From positions 1 through 30,327 of the forward strand of contig CAIXZV010000263.1 in the NCBI GenBank assembly GCA_903924005.1: a stretch of 30,327 bases of DNA, given 5' to 3'. Source of the DNA: an uncultured Chloroflexota bacterium (GTDB taxonomy: Bacteria > Chloroflexota > Limnocylindria > Limnocylindrales > CSP1-4). Below, in pieces: positions 26,362 to 30,327 of this stretch; within the stretch, counting starts at the first letter, position 1; each line of letters begins with the position of its first letter. The position numbers and the translations under genes are program-made. The notes beneath the pieces are model-generated. The model saw only the letters and a list, made by a program, of their open reading frames with translations. It did not search any database and was not told where the DNA came from.

Positions 26362-26862
26362 CTGACCACCCGGACCCGACACCATGGCACCGGCGCCGTT
26401 GCCTTCAGCACGAAGGGCGAGTACGGCGTACGGCTCATGGTCCAACTGGGCCGTCACTACGGGATGGGTCCGGCAAGTCTTGCCGAGATTGCCGCAGACG
26501 AGGATCTGCCCCGCGCCTACCTTGAGCAGCTTGTCACGAGCCTCCGGGACGCTGGTCTGGTCACCTCCACGCGCGGCGCTCGCGGCGGCTACGAGCTGAC
26601 GGCCTCGCCGGAGCTGATCCGCATGAGCGACGTGCTCCGCGCCCTTGAAGGGCCGATTGCGCCGATGTACTGCGCCTCAGACTCACCTGACCACGCCTCC
26701 TGCGCGCGATCCGCCGCCTGCACCGTGACCCTGCTCTGGGCCAAGGTGCGTGACGCAATCTCGGGCACGCTTGACGCGCTCACCCTTGCGGATCTCGTCC
26801 CGCTCCGCCACATCACGCTTGACCCGCGCGGCTCTATCCCGTCCCCAACCGGGCTTGCGTAG
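26362..26862 (+). CDS. Rrf2-family (IscR-like) Fe-S transcriptional regulator
   Basis: FSTKGEYGVRLM, YLEQLV..LRDAGLVTSTRGARGGYEL, LRALEG and C-x9-C-x5-C motifs. The conserved first helix lies upstream of the first ATG (26437); start tentatively CTG 26362. Confidence 0.85.
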   Translation: MTTRTRHHGTGAVAFSTKGEYGVRLMVQLGRHYGMGPASLAEIAADEDLPRAYLEQLVTSLRDAGLVTSTRGARGGYELTASPELIRMSDVLRALEGPIAPMYCASDSPDHASCARSAACTVTLLWAKVRDAISGTLDALTLADLVPLRHITLDPRGSIPSPTGLA

Positions 26863-26884
26863 ACCACCCAATCAGGAGCCCTTT

Positions 26885-27766
26885 GTGACCAACGCCGACG
26901 ACCGCGAACTCGTGATCCGGGACCTCCGGGTTGCGCCGGCGGCCAAACCTGACCGGGAGATCCTCCAGGGGATCAACCTCACCATTCGCAAGGGCGAGAC
27001 CCACGCGATCATGGGCCCCAACGGCTCGGGCAAGACCACGCTCTCGTACGTGCTCATGGGGCACCCGGCGTACATCGTGAAGAGCGGCGAGATCCTCTGG
27101 AAGGGCTACAACCTGCTGGACCTCTCCGCAGACAAGCGCGCGCGGCTGGGCCTCTTCCTCGCCTTCCAGTACCCCACGGCCATCCCCGGCCTCAGCGTCG
27201 CGTCCTTCGTGCGCAGCGCGGTCAACGCCAAACTCCAGGGCATCGACAAGAACCCGGCCATCGACCCAACAGACCCCACGCGCGGCGGGCTGACGATGCT
27301 GGAGTTCCGCCGCCGGATGCGCGAGAAGATGGCGATGCTCAAGATGGATGACGCGTTTGCCACGCGCTACGTCAACGACGGGTTCTCGGGCGGTGAGAAG
27401 AAGCGCCTTGAGATGCTCCAGATGGCGATGCTCTCGCCAGAGTTCGCCATCCTTGACGAGACGGACTCCGGCCTCGATATCGACGCGCTGCGGATTGTGG
27501 CCGAGGGCGTCAACGCGATGCTCAACCCGGACATGGGCGTGCTGCTGATCACGCACTACCAGCGGCTGCTCAACTACATCAAGCCTGACTACGTCCACGT
27601 CCTTGCGGCGGGCCGCATCGTCACCTCGGGCGGCAAGGACCTAGCCCTTCGGCTTGAGGAGGAGGGCTACGGCCCCATCCTGCGCGAGAACGGGCTGGAT
27701 ATCGGCGTCCCTGACGAGGCGCTGGTCCTGCCAAAGGAGCCCGAGGCCGCCGGCGCCGGCCGGTAG
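26885..27766 (+). CDS. sufC: Fe-S cluster assembly ATPase SufC
   Basis: GPNGSGKTT, FLAFQYP, GFSGGEKKRLE, LDETDSGLDID and ITHY motifs; AGGAG upstream of GTG 26885. Confidence 0.95.
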   Translation: MTNADDRELVIRDLRVAPAAKPDREILQGINLTIRKGETHAIMGPNGSGKTTLSYVLMGHPAYIVKSGEILWKGYNLLDLSADKRARLGLFLAFQYPTAIPGLSVASFVRSAVNAKLQGIDKNPAIDPTDPTRGGLTMLEFRRRMREKMAMLKMDDAFATRYVNDGFSGGEKKRLEMLQMAMLSPEFAILDETDSGLDIDALRIVAEGVNAMLNPDMGVLLITHYQRLLNYIKPDYVHVLAAGRIVTSGGKDLALRLEEEGYGPILRENGLDIGVPDEALVLPKEPEAAGAGR

Positions 27767-27775
27767 GAGACACCG

Positions 27776-29023
27776 ATGACCGCCGAGACCCAGCACGCTT
27801 TGGACCCCGAGGCGCTGCGGGCTGACTTCCCGATCCTTGATCAGGAGGTCCACGGGCACAAGCTGGTCTATCTGGACTCGGGCGCCACGTCGCAGAAGCC
27901 GCTCAGCGTGCTTGCGGCGATGGACAACTACTACCGCCACGACAACGCCAACGTTCACCGCGGCATCTACGCGCTCTCGGAGCGTGCCACGGCGGACTAC
28001 GAGGGCTCGCGCGCCAAGGTTGCCCGCCTGATCGGTGTGGCGGACCCGCGGGAGATCATCTGGACCCGCAACGCCACCGAGGCCATCAACCTCGTCGCGT
28101 ACACGTGGGGCCGGCGCCACATCGGCCGGGGCGACGTCATCGTCCTGACCGAGATGGAGCACCACGCAAACCTTGTGCCCTGGCAGATCCTCGCCCAGGA
28201 GAAGGACGCGGATCTGGAGTTCATCCCCATCACGGATGACGGGATCCTGCGCCAGGACGTCTTTGACGTGCTCCTGCGGCTCAAGCCAAAGCTTGTTGCC
28301 TTCACGCACGTCTCCAACATGCTGGGCACCATCAACCCGGTTGCCGAGATGACGCGCAAGGCGCACGAGGCTGGCGCGCTGGTGCTCATCGACGGCGCCC
28401 AGGCCGTGCCGCACATTCCGGTCAACGTCGCTGAGATTGGCGCGGACTTCTACACGTTCTCCGGCCACAAGGTCATGGCGCCCACGGGCTCCGGCGTGCT
28501 TTGGGGCCGTCGCGCGCTGCTGGAGGCGATGCCGCCGTTCATGGGCGGCGGCGACATGATCCGCGAGGTCCACCTGCGCCGCTCCGAGTGGAACGACATC
28601 CCCTGGAAGTTTGAGGCGGGCACGCCGGACATCTCGGCGGCCATCGGTCTTGGCGCCGCGGCTGACTACATGATGGATCTGGGCATGTCGCGCGTGCAGG
28701 ACCACGAGCAGGAGCTGGTGCGGTACGCGCTGGACGTGCTGCCGCGCGAGGTTCCGGGCATCGAGATCTACGGCCCGGCCGCGCCCGAGCTGCGGGGCGG
28801 CGTGGTGGCGTTCAACCTGCCGGGCATCCACCCGCACGACGTGGCCCAGGTGTTGGACCGCTTTGGCGTGGCCATTCGCGCCGGCCACCACTGCACGATG
28901 CCGCTCCACGAGCGCCTCGACCTCTCGGCCACGGCCCGCGCCTCGTTTGGCGTCTACACGACGACCAAAGACATCGACTCCCTCGCCGCGGCGCTGCAGC
29001 AGGTGCAGAAGCTCTTTGCCTGA
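27776..29023 (+). CDS. sufS: Cysteine desulfurase, SufS (group II)
   Basis: YLDSGATSQKP, NANVHRG, EHHAN, SGHK (PLP lysine), FEAGTP and RAGHHC motifs. Confidence 0.95.
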   Translation: MTAETQHALDPEALRADFPILDQEVHGHKLVYLDSGATSQKPLSVLAAMDNYYRHDNANVHRGIYALSERATADYEGSRAKVARLIGVADPREIIWTRNATEAINLVAYTWGRRHIGRGDVIVLTEMEHHANLVPWQILAQEKDADLEFIPITDDGILRQDVFDVLLRLKPKLVAFTHVSNMLGTINPVAEMTRKAHEAGALVLIDGAQAVPHIPVNVAEIGADFYTFSGHKVMAPTGSGVLWGRRALLEAMPPFMGGGDMIREVHLRRSEWNDIPWKFEAGTPDISAAIGLGAAADYMMDLGMSRVQDHEQELVRYALDVLPREVPGIEIYGPAAPELRGGVVAFNLPGIHPHDVAQVLDRFGVAIRAGHHCTMPLHERLDLSATARASFGVYTTTKDIDSLAAALQQVQKLFA

Positions 29024-29408
29024 TCCCACCGTCGGGCGCCTCGCCGTCGTGATGGCCGCAGCCGCAGCCCTCGCCGTCGGGTGTGCTGCGCCGGTGGCGA
29101 ATGGTGCCTTCGGCCCGTGCGGGATCATCAGTTCGGGCGGGGTGGAGATGATGTTTGGGATCAGCCACGCCAGCAACTTCGGCGCGCACTTCCCGGCCGT
29201 GCCGCAGCTGCCGGAACTGGCGGGGGACCAGCGACCCGCCACGATCAGGGTTTTCCGCGGGCCGGTAGAAGTCCTGTCGATGCACCCCACGAGCATCGGG
29301 ACGGGCGCACCGGCAACCCCGAAAGCCGCCGGCTCGGCCGTCTGCGTCCAGATCGGCAATGACCTGAACGTCTACGAGGACCTCGATCTCACCGGTGCCC
29401 ACCCATAG
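29016..29408 (+). CDS. Hypothetical lipoprotein
   Basis: TTG overlapping the sufS end (ATG 29052 is an alternative); signal with lipobox LAVGC; two further Cys residues. Confidence 0.55.
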   Translation: MPDPTVGRLAVVMAAAAALAVGCAAPVANGAFGPCGIISSGGVEMMFGISHASNFGAHFPAVPQLPELAGDQRPATIRVFRGPVEVLSMHPTSIGTGAPATPKAAGSAVCVQIGNDLNVYEDLDLTGAHP

Positions 29409-29497
29409 ACATGGCAGGACCGGCAAGGTCGCCACGCTGCGGGCCGCCACGCTCCACCAGGCACAGAATCCTTCGGCGGACCTGGCCGACGCTCAAC

Positions 29498-29594
29498 TGC
29501 TTCGGCTTAGCTCGAAGCACCCAGACAGTTACTTGCTGGGGACACCCTCTCCCGGCACCGGCGACATGCAGCTGCTTCGAACCAAGCCGAAGCA
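29498..29594. repeat. Inverted pair of 22-nt self-palindromic units
   Basis: tgcttcggcttagctcgaagca (29498-29519) and tgcttcgaaccaagccgaagca (29573-29594) are reverse complements with 2 mismatches. Confidence 0.75.
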
Positions 29595-29627
29595 TCGCCG
29601 GACGGCGCGGCGCGCGACAATGACGCC

Positions 29628-30327
29628 ATGAAGACCACCACCGAGACCGTCGATGTCCTGGTTGCCGGCGGCGGCACGGCCGGCCACATCGCGGCCATCC
29701 AGGCGGCGCGCGCGGGCGTGACCACGTCGATCATCGAGGCGGGCTCCATGCTGGGCGGGACGATGACCGCCGGCGGCGTCTACATGCCCAACCACTTCTT
29801 CACGAAGGACGCCCAAGTGGTGGCGGGCATCCCGTGGGAGCTGTACACGAAGTCCAAGGCGATTGAGGGGCTGCCCGTCCCGGACTACCGCCGCCGCCGA
29901 CCCGTGGAGACGCCCGGCTACTACTCGTACATCAACGTCCCCGTCTACGCGTCACTCGCCGAGGCGGAGGCCATCGCCGCGGGGGTCGTCATCCATTACC
30001 ACGAGTTTGTGGCCGAAGTCCGCGCCGACGGCGACTGGTGGGAGGTCGTCTCCCTCGGCCGTGGCGTCCGCCGGGTGACGAGGTGTCGCGAGATCATCGA
30101 CGCCAGCGGCGACTCGGACATCGTCCGCATCCTTGGCCTCAAAACGCTCAAGACCAAGGTCAGCCAGCCCGGGACGCTCGAGTACAAGCTCTACGGCATC
30201 GAGCACGAGCAGCTCTGGAAGGAAGAGGTCCAGGCGCTGTACGAGGAGGCGCTGGGCGCGGGCGTCGTGCGCAAGGGCGACTGGGCGTATCCCAACCTTG
30301 AGCCGTTCCTCTACTACCTCCAGCACG
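29628..30327 (+). CDS. FAD-dependent oxidoreductase (partial, runs off window end)
   Basis: Own translation: MKTTTETVDVLVAGGGTAGHIAAIQAARAG...IIEAGSMLGGTMTAGGV...IIDASGD, with a GxGxxG Rossmann motif; open to the window end. Confidence 0.88.
   Translation, partial: MKTTTETVDVLVAGGGTAGHIAAIQAARAGVTTSIIEAGSMLGGTMTAGGVYMPNHFFTKDAQVVAGIPWELYTKSKAIEGLPVPDYRRRRPVETPGYYSYINVPVYASLAEAEAIAAGVVIHYHEFVAEVRADGDWWEVVSLGRGVRRVTRCREIIDASGDSDIVRILGLKTLKTKVSQPGTLEYKLYGIEHEQLWKEEVQALYEEALGAGVVRKGDWAYPNLEPFLYYLQH

Noticed and set aside
27641-29359. 572-aa minus-strand ORF over sufS
   Set aside because: In-register antisense shadow of a highly conserved gene; no independent evidence.

Overview
This is a very GC-rich bacterial chromosomal segment of about 35 genes. 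Gene content and lipoprotein signals resemble Chloroflexota or Actinomycetota, but taxonomy is inferred, not established. I see no rRNA, tRNA, CRISPR array, transposase or integrase. Left to right: a partial anti-sigma-like gene and ECF sigma factor; an AttH/CrtC-like lipocalin lipoprotein coupled to an MmpL transporter; three tandem paralogous lipoproteins; lysine 2,3-aminomutase (kamA); a GNAT and a DmpA-family peptidase; pabB with a class IV aminotransferase; a YdeI-like gene; a tandem-repeat/G-quadruplex-like intergenic region; a cluster of a globin/phycobiliprotein-like gene, DUF433, SufT, PduO and BI-1/YccA; a GT87; two diguanylate cyclases preceded by a 32-aa small ORF; a lipoprotein; a DUF4160/DUF2442 pair; an rrf2-sufC-sufS operon lacking sufBD; a lipoprotein; and a partial FAD oxidoreductase. 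The most notable observations are: (1) a small peptide gene with a strong RBS directly upstream of a membrane AGDEF cyclase; (2) DUF4160 frameshifted by a 10-bp tandem-repeat expansion; (3) an Rrf2 regulator whose conserved N-terminus needs a non-canonical CTG start, behind a clear promoter, an IscR-like operator and a structured leader; (4) a PduO-YccA read-through fusion that one missing base would explain; (5) a phycobiliprotein-like protein lacking the bilin cysteine. All family calls come from motif recognition by eye; no database search was run.
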